A stretch of DNA of 36,540 bases from the sequence record DRR378314_334; one strand, written 5' to 3'. Made by a program: the position numbers and the translations under genes. Below, piece by piece: positions 1 to 9,469 of the stretch. The first letter of the stretch is position 1; the number at the start of each line of letters is the position of its first letter. The notes beneath the pieces were generated by a model. The model was not told the DNA's origin, did no database searches, and was given only the letters and a program-made list of their open reading frames with translations.

Positions 1-30
1 TCGGAGGTTCGAATCCTCTCGCTCCGACCA
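1..30 (+). tRNA. 3' part of a tRNA, probably tRNA-Pro (truncated by window start)
   Basis: T-arm GGAGG-TTCGAAT-CCTCT followed by CGCTCCG-A-CCA. G72/A73 and the position before the ETC complex I subunit gene fit tRNA-Pro; the anticodon is outside the window. Confidence 0.75.
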
Positions 31-58
31 TTCACTTTCGCAGCGGTGAGGTCGATCA

Positions 59-367
59 ATGCAAGCGCGTATTTACAAGCCCGCCAAAAGCGCGATGACC
101 TCAGGACGCGGCAAGACCAAGGCCTGGGTGCTGGAATTCGTGAAGAATGACGCGAAGCGCTCTGCCGACCCGGTCATGGGCTGGACCAGCATCGACGACA
201 CGTCTGGCCAGGTCCGCCTTTCCTTCGATACACAAGAACAGGCCATCGAATACGCCAAGAGCGAAGGCCTCACCTTCACCGTCACGCCCTCTGAGGAGCG
301 GAAACGGCTTGTAAAGTCCTACAGCGCTAATTTCGACGCCAATCGCAAGCAGCCCTGGACACACTAG
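59..367 (+). CDS. ETC complex I subunit (NDUFS4-like) protein
   Basis: ARIYKPAKSAMTSGRGKTKAWVLEF, DPVMGWTS and LSFDTQEQAIEYA...SYSANF motifs; GAGG SD upstream; sits between tRNA-Pro and tRNA-Arg as is common in alphaproteobacteria. Confidence 0.9.
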   Translation: MQARIYKPAKSAMTSGRGKTKAWVLEFVKNDAKRSADPVMGWTSIDDTSGQVRLSFDTQEQAIEYAKSEGLTFTVTPSEERKRLVKSYSANFDANRKQPWTH

Positions 368-388
368 GGTGCCCGCCGGCGGCGTTCC

Positions 389-465
389 GGCCCCGTAGCT
401 CAGCTGGATAGAGCACCCGACTTCTAATCGGACGGTCGCAGGTTCGAATCCTGCCGGGGTCGCCA
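389..465 (+). tRNA. tRNA-Arg (anticodon TCT)
   Basis: Acceptor stem GGCCCCG/CGGGGTC, D-arm GCTCAGCTGGATAGAGC, anticodon loop CT-TCT-AA, T-loop TTCGAAT, encoded CCA; 77 nt. Confidence 0.95.
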
Positions 466-503
466 TTGCGTTGCGATCTGGCTCAATACTCTCTCCAAAA
501 CGA

Positions 504-533
504 GACAAGGCCCCCGAAATCGGGAGCCTTGTC
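504..533 (-). terminator. Intrinsic terminator hairpin between convergent tRNA-Arg and acyl-CoA ligase
   Basis: GACAAGGC-CCCCGAAATCGGGA-GCCTTGTC inverted repeat; a short T tract follows on the minus strand. Confidence 0.6.
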
Positions 534-558
534 GTGGTCTCTCAGTATCGTTCAGCCG

Positions 559-2268
559 TCAGCTCACCTGCGCGCTGTCGAGATCCTTGGTCAATTGCTC
601 CTTCAGATCGCGCTTCACGAATTTGCCGCTTGCGTTGCGTGGAAGTGCGGTGAGGAACCAGACGTATCTCGGCACCTTGTGCTTCGCCATGATGCCGGCG
701 CAATGTTCGCGCAAGGCGTCGGCGGAAACGTCTTCGCCCGGCTTCAGCACGATGGCCACGCCGACTTCCTCGCCCAAGCGGTCATCCGGCACGCCAAACA
801 CGCTACACTCCGCGACAGACGGATGGCGATAGACGGCAGCTTCGACCTCGGCGCAATACACATTCTCGCCGCCGCGCAGTACCATGTCCTTCTTCCGGTC
901 GACGATGAAGATGAAGCCATCTTCGTCGATGCGCGCAATGTCGCCTGTATGCAGCCAGCCATCCGTAATGGATTCAGCAGTCGCCTCGGGACGATTGATA
1001 TAGCCCTTGATGACGGAAGACCCCTTCACCCAAAGCTCGCCTACCTCGCCCTGAGGCAGGGTTTCGCCCAGCTCGTTGACGCATTTCGCCTCGAAGTTCG
1101 GCATGGCCGGGCCAGCACTGTCCGGCTTGTCGATGAAGAAGTCCGCCGACACCGATGTGATGATGCCGCAGGTTTCGGTCATGCCATAGCCGGTATTCGG
1201 GCGAGCCGTTTCAACCGAGGAATCAATCTTGTGGACCAGGTCCGGCGGCAATTGCGCGCCGCCGCCGCCAAGTGTCTGCAGGCTGGATGTATCCGTCGTG
1301 GCGAAGTCTGGATGGTTGATCAGTTCCCGCGCCATGATTGGCACGCCGCTCATCGCCGTGACTTTCTCGGTCTCCACCAGTTTCAGCGCTTCACCGGCAT
1401 CCCAGCGATACATCAGCACGATCTTTCCGCCCGCCGCCGTGATCAGATAGGCCGCGCAATTATTGGCCGTGACGTGGAACAGCGGCGTGGTGATCAGGCC
1501 CACCGGTACGGGTGCCTCTTCCGGTGGCGGTGGCATTTCGCCAGTCGCGCGAGCCGTGGCAAGCGTGGTCGATGCTGCCGAGAACGCCATGTTCAGCAAA
1601 TTGGAGACGCAGCCACGATGTGTCAGCTGCGCGCCTTTCGGGAACCCGGTCGTGCCGGACGTGTAAAAGATGCAGGCGTCGGAATCCGGGTCCACGGTCA
1701 CTTGCGGCAGATCTCCACCATGCGCGAGCACGTCTGACCACTGGATCACAGGCGCAGGCGCGTCCGACGCGCGAACGCCGACCACTTTCATCCGGTCCGT
1801 TACGCCATCGATGGACAGGGCGCGTTCCAGGCGCTCTGAGTCCGCAAAAAGGACTTTGGGTTCGGAATCCTTCAGCGCGTAGTCCATTTCCTCTGGCGTC
1901 CACCAGGCATTCATGCCGACAACGACAACACCCGTCGCCACGCAGGCCCAGTAGAGCAGCATCCATTCAGGATAATTGCGCATGGCAATCGCCACGCGGT
2001 CGCCCGGTTTCACGCCCTGCTCGGCCATCCACGCCGCGGCAGACGCCACATCGCGATGCGCGTCGGCGTAGGTCCAGCGCTCATCTTGGTAAACGAGGTA
2101 GTCCCGCTCAGGGAATTGCAGTGTCGACAGCCAGACTTCCCGCACACTGGGCGGGGCGTTCTTGTAGACGCGGAGCCGGTTGCCCAGAACCTCCGCCTCG
2201 ACGATCTCGAATTCGCCGCCGGGGCCAGTCAGTTCTTCCCGTGCTTTCAGGAGTTCGGTGTAGTGCAT
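559..2268 (-). CDS. Long-chain acyl-CoA synthetase / class I adenylate-forming enzyme
   Basis: YTSGTTGFPKG P-loop, GYGMTET, GWLHTGD and PRNASGK motifs. Start moved to ATG 2268 because a GGAGG SD precedes it. Confidence 0.9.
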   Translation of the reverse strand: MHYTELLKAREELTGPGGEFEIVEAEVLGNRLRVYKNAPPSVREVWLSTLQFPERDYLVYQDERWTYADAHRDVASAAAWMAEQGVKPGDRVAIAMRNYPEWMLLYWACVATGVVVVGMNAWWTPEEMDYALKDSEPKVLFADSERLERALSIDGVTDRMKVVGVRASDAPAPVIQWSDVLAHGGDLPQVTVDPDSDACIFYTSGTTGFPKGAQLTHRGCVSNLLNMAFSAASTTLATARATGEMPPPPEEAPVPVGLITTPLFHVTANNCAAYLITAAGGKIVLMYRWDAGEALKLVETEKVTAMSGVPIMARELINHPDFATTDTSSLQTLGGGGAQLPPDLVHKIDSSVETARPNTGYGMTETCGIITSVSADFFIDKPDSAGPAMPNFEAKCVNELGETLPQGEVGELWVKGSSVIKGYINRPEATAESITDGWLHTGDIARIDEDGFIFIVDRKKDMVLRGGENVYCAEVEAAVYRHPSVAECSVFGVPDDRLGEEVGVAIVLKPGEDVSADALREHCAGIMAKHKVPRYVWFLTALPRNASGKFVKRDLKEQLTKDLDSAQVS

Positions 2269-2370
2269 GTTTCCTCCGGAATGTTTTGTCCGATCATACA
2301 CATTGTCGTTGCGTCACAAAGACCGGACGCAAGGGCAAGATATGCCCAATTTACCTGAACTTTCCTCAGC

Positions 2371-3864
2371 TTAAGGCACGATTGTGACAATCACACGCGC
2401 ATAGCGGGTGAGAGCGGGCGTGCCCTTGTCCGTCACCTTCACAATGAAGTGGGCGGTTTCCGTCTGATCTACCTCCGGCAATTTGAACCAGACATCGAAA
2501 TCATTCACCGCATGTCCCATGTCGATGGGCGCCTCCAGCGTGCCCGCCTCGGCATAGTTGAACCAATGATAGCTGAGGCTGTCGCCATCGGGATCATACG
2601 TGCCGAAGGCATCCAGACCGATGTGCTCGCCTGATTTTGCCGTCAGCCGCGCTTCATGGGCCAGTTTCACCACGGGCGGGTGGTTGGCGTCCTCATAATC
2701 AGAAATGGTCCAATCCATACGCGCCGCGAAGTCGCGCTGGAAATCACTCTTCCAGCGCAGCAGCGTAACCTTGTTGCCTTCATACGTCTCATCTGACGGG
2801 CCGATAGCACGGCCATCCTTTTGCGGCACCCAGGGCGTGTAGGTGTCGGTCGCATTCGTCCAGATCGGGCGCGGCTCAGGCTCCAGCGGCACGCCGCCCG
2901 ATCCGAGTTCTCCGGGGCCAACACCAATCTCATCCGCGCTCGGTGTATAAAGTTCATACCGGCCACCCCAGCCGCCCCAGTCCGGATGGTCCGGCACATT
3001 CAAGCCATTGGGGATCAGGGAAAGGTAGGCCGGCGTATCGCCTTCCATGCCCCAGACAACGTCAGGATAATGCGCGCCAAGCGGTCCGTGGTCCTGCTGG
3101 ATGTTCTCGGCAATCCACTGGTTCGAGATGTGATCTTCAAAGCCGGGGAACGAACGGGTAATGGCTGTCCAGGTAGAGAGATCATACTTTCCGGGGCTGA
3201 CAATGTAGAACAGGTCTGGAAACTCCCTGCGGATCCAGATGCCACTGTCGTCCTGATCAGAGATTGTATAGACACGAAGCTTTGAAATCATCCGCGCAGC
3301 TTCTGTTTCTGAGCGCGTCTCGCGAATATCATGCAGCGCCTGCGCCAGCGTGTTGGCCCCGCCCCAAACGGAAATCCAAAGCGGCCGCGCGTCTTCCTCT
3401 TCCAGCAGGCGGATAATCGCGTCTGACCCCTCCGTCGACTGGCCAGTCCCGACGCTCTCCATTCCGTAGCCGGGTTGGCCATTCATCACGAGACCTTGCA
3501 ACTCTGCCTCGGTTGGATAGTTCGGGGCATGCTGGCTCAGCGTGTCATAGACCTTGCCATACTTTCCCAGCGTTGCACGGATAGAGTCCGGGCGGAGATT
3601 CTCCTGCTTCCAGATGGAAGTCGTGGCGACCAGCGCCCTGATGTCGATTTCGTTGGCGTAGAGCAAGAGGCGGATCAGGGATTGCGTATCGTCCGGATCA
3701 GCTTCCATATCCGTCAGGATCACAACCCGGTGCTGTTCCAGCGCGGCCTCCGTCGGCGCTTCCAGCGGCGCGGCAGTCGGCAAAGCCTCTCCCATCGCGT
3801 TGCAGCCGCCGAGCGCCAAACCGGACGCAAGCCCTACCATTCCCGCCAGAATACGCTTCACCAT
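2371..3864 (-). CDS. DUF1593 (nucleoside-hydrolase-like) lipoprotein with C-terminal beta-sandwich domain
   Basis: TDMEADPDDTQSLIRLLLYANE, WGGANTLAQAL, ISDQDD, EGDTP, WGGWGGRY, DFAARMDW and DPDGD motifs; lipobox LGGC; GGAGG SD. Confidence 0.85.
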   Translation of the reverse strand: MVKRILAGMVGLASGLALGGCNAMGEALPTAAPLEAPTEAALEQHRVVILTDMEADPDDTQSLIRLLLYANEIDIRALVATTSIWKQENLRPDSIRATLGKYGKVYDTLSQHAPNYPTEAELQGLVMNGQPGYGMESVGTGQSTEGSDAIIRLLEEEDARPLWISVWGGANTLAQALHDIRETRSETEAARMISKLRVYTISDQDDSGIWIRREFPDLFYIVSPGKYDLSTWTAITRSFPGFEDHISNQWIAENIQQDHGPLGAHYPDVVWGMEGDTPAYLSLIPNGLNVPDHPDWGGWGGRYELYTPSADEIGVGPGELGSGGVPLEPEPRPIWTNATDTYTPWVPQKDGRAIGPSDETYEGNKVTLLRWKSDFQRDFAARMDWTISDYEDANHPPVVKLAHEARLTAKSGEHIGLDAFGTYDPDGDSLSYHWFNYAEAGTLEAPIDMGHAVNDFDVWFKLPEVDQTETAHFIVKVTDKGTPALTRYARVIVTIVP

Positions 3865-3883
3865 GACAATCCTCCGCTATTTT

Positions 3884-3899
3884 ATGATAGCGGTATCAT
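3884..3899. promoter_or_regulatory. LacI-family (XylR-like) operator
   Basis: Palindrome ATGATA-GCGG-TATCAT about 20 bp upstream of the DUF1593 start codon. Confidence 0.6.
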
Positions 3900-3969
3900 T
3901 ATCGGATGAAGCTCTCTTTGCAAGGCACCAGGCCGTGGCCCTTTCCTCGCTCAACTTGCTGTTCGAATT

Positions 3970-5787
3970 CTATTGTTCGCAACTTTCCTCGACAAACTCT
4001 CGCCAATCATCAAGCGTGCCACCCACGCGGCTGACCATGTCGATCACCATATTCGCCGTCTTGCAGCGCTGGTGATCCGTCTTCATGCGTGGGTCGCTCA
4101 GAAAGCTCTCAAACAGAGTGTCCGGGGTCGGGGTGGCCGGCCCCATTCGCACGCCGCCATCCTTCTCGCCATCCAGCAGCATCAGGCTCTGCTCTACAGG
4201 AGACTCCGCCCAAGCGGTCCAGCGCGGCAAGGTGCCAGACAAACCGCGCCCCGGCGCACCATGATGCGCGAAGGCGGACCAGTATTCTATCATCTGTGCC
4301 GACAGCGTTTCGCGGCTGGCCTTGTTCTTCTTCGAGAAAAAGATGCCAGCCGGGTCTGTCTCTTTCTGGTCAAACCCATTGATGATGAAGGGCATCTCCA
4401 GCGAGTGTGAAGCCCCCACAAGAAAGCTGATATCTGTCAGCAGTTTCTTTCCCTGCTCGTCCCAGTCAAAGCGGTACGTATAAACCGGCGCTATACGCAC
4501 AGAGGCCCAGGCTTCGGCAGGTGCGCGCACACCATGATACGCCCAGACCGTATCGGGATAATCTCCAAAGGCCGCGTAAACGCCCTTGTCCCTTGGCCAG
4601 AAGGCAAGGTTGAACAGACTACGCATCATCTCCTTGTCTGCAAAACCAAGCCCGCGAAGTTCATTGCGATTGGTGCCGATCAGCAATGGGAGGTCCCTTA
4701 ACCCGCCTGTCTCACGCAGGGCGTCCTGGATACCCATCTCGGGTACGACGATCCCGTCATTCGCGGTATCCACGGGACTGATCAGGCCGGGCATGTCCAT
4801 CGCCGCCGGAAAGGATTGGTAAGTGTCGAAGATGTCCTTGAGGGGAAGCGCGCGCAAATGTTCGGCCAGCGTTTCTGGCGTCACCTCGTTCTGAGGCGGC
4901 AACGCGCCTGCCTCCACCATGGCCTCAATGAAGGAATTGGCTGAAACACTATTCGCAAGATTGCTGGCGGAGCCACTCACCGCGTCTCCATAGGCGGCGC
5001 TCTGGAACCCGCCGCTCTGCATGATTGCCTTGTGGAACAAGCCATCGGAGAGGGGCGAACTCATCAGCGCGGCGATGTTGAACGCGCCTGCTGATTGTCC
5101 GAACACTGTGACATTTTCAGCGTCGCCCCCAAAAGCTGAAATATTCTCCTGCACCCATTCCAGCGCAGCGATCTGATCCAGCAGCGCGAAATTCATGGAT
5201 CGGTCCAGATCGGTCTCCGCCGTCGCGACCAGGGACGGATGCGCGAACCAGCCCAGCATGGCGAGGCGATAGTTTATGGCGACGACGATCACATCTCCCT
5301 GCGCCGCCAGATGGCCCATTTCATACATGCCCGCCGAGCCGCCAATATTTGCACCACCGTGAATCCAGACCATCACCGGCAAAGGCTGGTCACCCGCATC
5401 GGATGGCGCCCACACATTCAGATAGAGGCAGTCTTCCGAGCCGGTCAGCGTCCAGTCCGCATCAACGCCATCAAACAGATTGTCGTACTGAACGCATTCG
5501 CGGTCGGGTTTGATAGCTTCATATCGGCCTGCCCAAGCCTCCGCCGGACGCGGCGCGCGCCAGCGCAATTCTCCGACCGGCGGCGCAGCAAATGGAATTC
5601 CATACCAGGCCATCGTATCCGCCGCGCCAGATGTGCCAATCACCTCACCCTGCGCGATCGTCCGGATCGCTGAGGCCTGAGGTACGCGGTCAAGCGAGGC
5701 GGTGTCGCCTTTCGTCGCCGCGGACCCACACGCAACCAAAAGAGCGCAAGCCACTATCAGGCCCGCCCAAAAAGCAGGTCTCAGCAT
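3970..5787 (-). CDS. Type-B carboxylesterase/lipase family lipoprotein
   Basis: GIPFAAPPVGELRW, SEDCLYLNVW, WIHGG oxyanion motif, GQSAG nucleophile elbow, GTNRNE and ASHSLE; lipobox LVAC. Confidence 0.9.
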   Translation of the reverse strand: MLRPAFWAGLIVACALLVACGSAATKGDTASLDRVPQASAIRTIAQGEVIGTSGAADTMAWYGIPFAAPPVGELRWRAPRPAEAWAGRYEAIKPDRECVQYDNLFDGVDADWTLTGSEDCLYLNVWAPSDAGDQPLPVMVWIHGGANIGGSAGMYEMGHLAAQGDVIVVAINYRLAMLGWFAHPSLVATAETDLDRSMNFALLDQIAALEWVQENISAFGGDAENVTVFGQSAGAFNIAALMSSPLSDGLFHKAIMQSGGFQSAAYGDAVSGSASNLANSVSANSFIEAMVEAGALPPQNEVTPETLAEHLRALPLKDIFDTYQSFPAAMDMPGLISPVDTANDGIVVPEMGIQDALRETGGLRDLPLLIGTNRNELRGLGFADKEMMRSLFNLAFWPRDKGVYAAFGDYPDTVWAYHGVRAPAEAWASVRIAPVYTYRFDWDEQGKKLLTDISFLVGASHSLEMPFIINGFDQKETDPAGIFFSKKNKASRETLSAQMIEYWSAFAHHGAPGRGLSGTLPRWTAWAESPVEQSLMLLDGEKDGGVRMGPATPTPDTLFESFLSDPRMKTDHQRCKTANMVIDMVSRVGGTLDDWREFVEESCEQ

Positions 5788-5828
5788 TGCATGTTCCTCC
5801 CATCATCGTTTCACGCGACGATAGCCAA

Positions 5829-5850
5829 AAACATTTCAATTGCAATGTTT
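5829..5850. promoter_or_regulatory. Candidate operator (22-bp near-perfect palindrome)
   Basis: AAACATTtCAATTGcAATGTTT with 10 of 11 pairs matching, about 40 bp upstream of the esterase start. Confidence 0.5.
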
Positions 5851-5863
5851 CTGTGAGCGCGCC

Positions 5864-6349
5864 CTATCCCGCGGCGCGGGTTTGTCCGGCGTGGAGGGCG
5901 CAGATCAGCGTGAACAGGCGTCGGGCCGTGGAAAAGTCGACGTCGATCTTCCCTTCAAGGCGCTCGGCGAGGAGTTCAGACCCCTCATTGTGAATGCCGC
6001 GCCGTGCCATATCGATAGCTTCGATCTGGTGAGGTGATTGCGTCCGGATCGCGTCGTAATAACTATCGCAGATCATGAAATAGTCGCGGATCACGCCCCG
6101 GAACGGGCCAAGCGACAGGATAAAGGTATGCACATCTTCGCCCGCTTCGTTGCGGATGGCGAAGACGAGCCGGCGTTCGGCCTTGGAGAGGTTGAGCTGA
6201 TACGGCCCCTCATCCTTGTCGATCACTTTGAACTGATTGTCTTCCAACAGGTCAAAGATGGCGACACGGCGCTCATGCTCAGCGTCCGGGCCGGAAGCGC
6301 CCAGGGTCTCATCGTCGATATTGACACCGATGAGCCTGTCCGAACTCAC
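5864..6349 (-). CDS. UPF0262 family protein
   Basis: [30 protein letters not shown] and [15 protein letters not shown] motifs; overlaps the hisD stop codon. Confidence 0.9.
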   Translation of the reverse strand: MSSDRLIGVNIDDETLGASGPDAEHERRVAIFDLLEDNQFKVIDKDEGPYQLNLSKAERRLVFAIRNEAGEDVHTFILSLGPFRGVIRDYFMICDSYYDAIRTQSPHQIEAIDMARRGIHNEGSELLAERLEGKIDVDFSTARRLFTLICALHAGQTRAAG

Positions 6350-7650
6350 CCGTCGGCGTCCCGGTTCGTTCGGATGGAAATGGATCGCGCATGCGCCGGC
6401 AAGCGCTCAGCCTCGGCAAGGCGCAAGGCGGCTGGCGCGATCGCAGCGAAGCCTTGCGGCCCGGCCCGCTGTACGCTCATCCGTTTTAAAAAGTCATATA
6501 GCCCCAGACCGGACGAGAACCGCGCGGCGCGGCTGGTCGGCAGCACGTGGTTTGACCCGGTGACATAGTCGCCCAGCGCTTCCGGCGTGTGGTGGCCGAG
6601 GAACACCGCCCCCGCATGACGTACCAGCGGAAGAAGCGCGTCCGGATCCTCAATGCAGAGCTCCAGATGCTCGGCAGCAATACGGTTGGCAATGCTTGCT
6701 GCAGCGTCCAGATCAGGCGCCACGACGATGGCGCCATTATTGGTCCAGCTCTCCCGCGCTCGCTCACCTGTAGCGAGGGAATTTAACTGGTTTTCCACAG
6801 CCTTTTCCACAGAATCTCCCACAGCCTCATCCACAACAATCAGAATGGATTGGCTGCTCGGATCATGCTCTGCCTGCGAGAGCAGGTCTGCGGCCACCCA
6901 GTCCGGGTTTGCCGTATGGTCTGCGATGACGAGAATCTCTGAAGGCCCGGCGATCGTATCAATACCCACTCGCCCAAAGACCTGGCGTTTGGCCTCAGCG
7001 ACAAAGGCATTTCCCGGCCCGACAATCTTGTCGACTGGCGCAAGATTGGACGTGCCATAGGCCAGTGCCGCCACGGCCTGTGCTCCGCCCATCGGGTAAA
7101 ACTCTTCAACGCCAGCCTTCAGCGCCGCATAGGCGACAGCGGGCGACAATTCGCCTTTCGGGGCTGGCGCGACCATTACGATGCGATCCACTCCGGCAAT
7201 CTTGGCCGGAACGACATTCATCAATACGGATGACGGATAGCTGGCTCGCCCGCCCGGCACGTAAACGCCAACGCTTTCCAGCGCGGTCCAGCGCCAGCCG
7301 AGTTCAACCCCGGCATCGTCGGTGAATTTGTGATCGTTCGGGCGCTGGGCCGAATGATAGGCCGCGATCCGGTCATGCGCGAAATCAATCGCGTCGCGCA
7401 AGTCCTGCGGGCATTCAGCCGCCAGCGCGTGCAGATCTACATTGTCCGACTTCAGCGTGGAGGGATCCAACTGCAAGCCATCGAATTTCGCCGTGTATTC
7501 CGCAACAGCTTCACCGCCGCGCTTGCGCACGTCCGCAATGATATCCGCCACGATTTTAGCCACATCGGCGCCTGTGCCGCGTTCCTGTTCCAGGAATTGG
7601 GCAAATTCGCCATTGAAGGCATCAGTGGAGGCGTAAAACCTGCGGACCAT
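6346..7650 (-). CDS. hisD: Histidinol dehydrogenase
   Basis: [39 protein letters not shown] and GSNHVLPT motifs. Confidence 0.97.
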   Translation of the reverse strand: MVRRFYASTDAFNGEFAQFLEQERGTGADVAKIVADIIADVRKRGGEAVAEYTAKFDGLQLDPSTLKSDNVDLHALAAECPQDLRDAIDFAHDRIAAYHSAQRPNDHKFTDDAGVELGWRWTALESVGVYVPGGRASYPSSVLMNVVPAKIAGVDRIVMVAPAPKGELSPAVAYAALKAGVEEFYPMGGAQAVAALAYGTSNLAPVDKIVGPGNAFVAEAKRQVFGRVGIDTIAGPSEILVIADHTANPDWVAADLLSQAEHDPSSQSILIVVDEAVGDSVEKAVENQLNSLATGERARESWTNNGAIVVAPDLDAAASIANRIAAEHLELCIEDPDALLPLVRHAGAVFLGHHTPEALGDYVTGSNHVLPTSRAARFSSGLGLYDFLKRMSVQRAGPQGFAAIAPAALRLAEAERLPAHARSISIRTNRDADG

Positions 7651-7652
7651 GT

Positions 7653-8102
7653 CTATCTCCGGCGCCGCTCATGATTGGGCAGATGGCGCGTCGGCCACAC
7701 ATAGTCACTGTCGAGCAGGGTTGCATCCAGAACTTCAACGTCCAGTTCGATTTCCCCATCACCAGCAAACAGCAGCGTCACCTTCCCGCCCGGCGGTTCA
7801 TCCGCCGGAGTAAAGCTGACCTGAAGCAGCGATAGGATCATTTCCGGGTCGATCTTGTTCACGGCGCGGGTTTTCACACCCATCACACCATCGAACGCCA
7901 ACAGGGAACGCACGCGTTCGCCATCGCCCCGTTTCGCGCCAGCTTCCCAGCGGAACCTGTTGATTTCCAATGTGAACCGGTTGCGCCGGGACTCATATTT
8001 CAGGTTTCCGGCCTTCACGACGCTGTCCTGAATGGCGGCCGAAATGACTTCCAAATCCTCCGCTGTCTCAGCGAGGAGTCTCAGTGAAGTTTGGTCGGCC
8101 AT
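7653..8102 (-). CDS. DUF2948 family protein
   Basis: EDLEVISAAIQD, NRFRWE and LLFAGDGEIELDVEVLD; usual position between murA and hisD. Confidence 0.85.
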   Translation of the reverse strand: MADQTSLRLLAETAEDLEVISAAIQDSVVKAGNLKYESRRNRFTLEINRFRWEAGAKRGDGERVRSLLAFDGVMGVKTRAVNKIDPEMILSLLQVSFTPADEPPGGKVTLLFAGDGEIELDVEVLDATLLDSDYVWPTRHLPNHERRRR

Positions 8103-8122
8103 CAGCGCCCCTTGATCAGTTC

Positions 8123-9403
8123 TCAGTCTTCATCCTCGGACCGGCGTTCAATGCTCGCCCCGCAGGCGTTAAGTTTCTCTTCCAGTCGCTCAAATCCGCG
8201 ATCCAGATGATAGATACGGTTCACCACAGTCTCCCCCTCTGCGGCAAGCCCCGCAATCACGAGTGAGACTGAAGCACGCAGATCTGTTGCCATGACGGGC
8301 GCAGCGGTCAATTGCGGCACCCCTTTCACGACAGCTTCCTGCCCGCGTACAGTTATGTCGGCGCCAAGGCGAGACAATTCCGGCGCATGCATGAACCGGT
8401 TCTCGAAAATCGTCTCGCGAATGATGCTCGTGCCATCGGCAAGGCTCATCAGCGCCATGAACTGCGCCTGCAAGTCAGTCGGGAAACCGGGGTGCGGCTG
8501 GGTCGACACGCTGACGGATTTCAGACGCGATCCGTTGCGTACGATGCGCAACGTGCCGGCCTCTTCATCCGCCTCGACCGTCACGCCTGCTTCGCGCAAT
8601 TTCGCATTCATCGCACCGAGCGCAGCAACCGGCGCGCCCTCAAGCGTGACATCCCCGCCGGCAGCCGCGGCTGCCATCGCAAATGTGCCCGCCTCGATCC
8701 GGTCCGGCATCACGGCGTGGGTAGTGCCGCCAAGCGTCTCGACGCCTTCGATCCGGATCTTGGAGGTGCCCGCCCCCGTAATCCTGGCGCCCATCGAATT
8801 GAGGCAATTCGCCAGGTCTTCGATTTCCGGCTCGCGAGCCGCGTTTTCAAGGACCGTCACGCCCTGCGCCAGCGTCGCCGTCAGCATGGCATGCTCGGTC
8901 GCGCCAACGCTTGGCATGGCAAAATTGATATGCGCGCCTTTCAGGCCGTGAATGGCCGCCGCCTTCACATAGCCCTGCTCAACCCGCAAATCCGCACCCA
9001 TGGCTTCCAGCGCTTGAAGGTGTAAATCCACAGGTCGCGCGCCGATAGCGCACCCGCCCGGCAGCGATACCGTGGCGTGACCAGACCGCGCGATAAGCGG
9101 GCCAAGCACGTTGAAGCTCGCCCGCATTTTGCGGACCTGATCGTAAGGCGCGATCGTGCTTTTCAGCTCTGCGGCATTCAGATGGCAGGTCGACTCGCCT
9201 TTCGGCCAGTACACTTCCACGCCTAGCGTCTCCAGCAGCTGCGCCAGAAAGCGTGTATCAGCGAGGTTTGGCATATTGGTGAGCGTGATCGGCTGATCCG
9301 TCAGCAGGCACGCAACCATCAGCTTCAGGGCGGAGTTCTTCGCGCCGGAAACCGGAATGCGGCCGTTCAGCTGAGCGCCGCCCTTGATGTGCAATCTATC
9401 CAT
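8123..9403 (-). CDS. murA: UDP-N-acetylglucosamine 1-carboxyvinyltransferase
   Basis: [21 protein letters not shown] (catalytic Cys present), [16 protein letters not shown] and ATDLRA motifs. Confidence 0.97.
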   Translation of the reverse strand: MDRLHIKGGAQLNGRIPVSGAKNSALKLMVACLLTDQPITLTNMPNLADTRFLAQLLETLGVEVYWPKGESTCHLNAAELKSTIAPYDQVRKMRASFNVLGPLIARSGHATVSLPGGCAIGARPVDLHLQALEAMGADLRVEQGYVKAAAIHGLKGAHINFAMPSVGATEHAMLTATLAQGVTVLENAAREPEIEDLANCLNSMGARITGAGTSKIRIEGVETLGGTTHAVMPDRIEAGTFAMAAAAAGGDVTLEGAPVAALGAMNAKLREAGVTVEADEEAGTLRIVRNGSRLKSVSVSTQPHPGFPTDLQAQFMALMSLADGTSIIRETIFENRFMHAPELSRLGADITVRGQEAVVKGVPQLTAAPVMATDLRASVSLVIAGLAAEGETVVNRIYHLDRGFERLEEKLNACGASIERRSEDED

Positions 9404-9469
9404 GACTTGCCCTTATACAGCGCTTCGCGGCTTTGGAAGGGCCTGAATGTGGCATCTGCTGCACAGAGT

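Noticed and set aside
416-432. C-A mismatch at the top of the tRNA-Arg anticodon stem suggesting a pseudogene
   Set aside because: A mismatch at 27-43 is tolerated in functional tRNAs and all other elements are intact.
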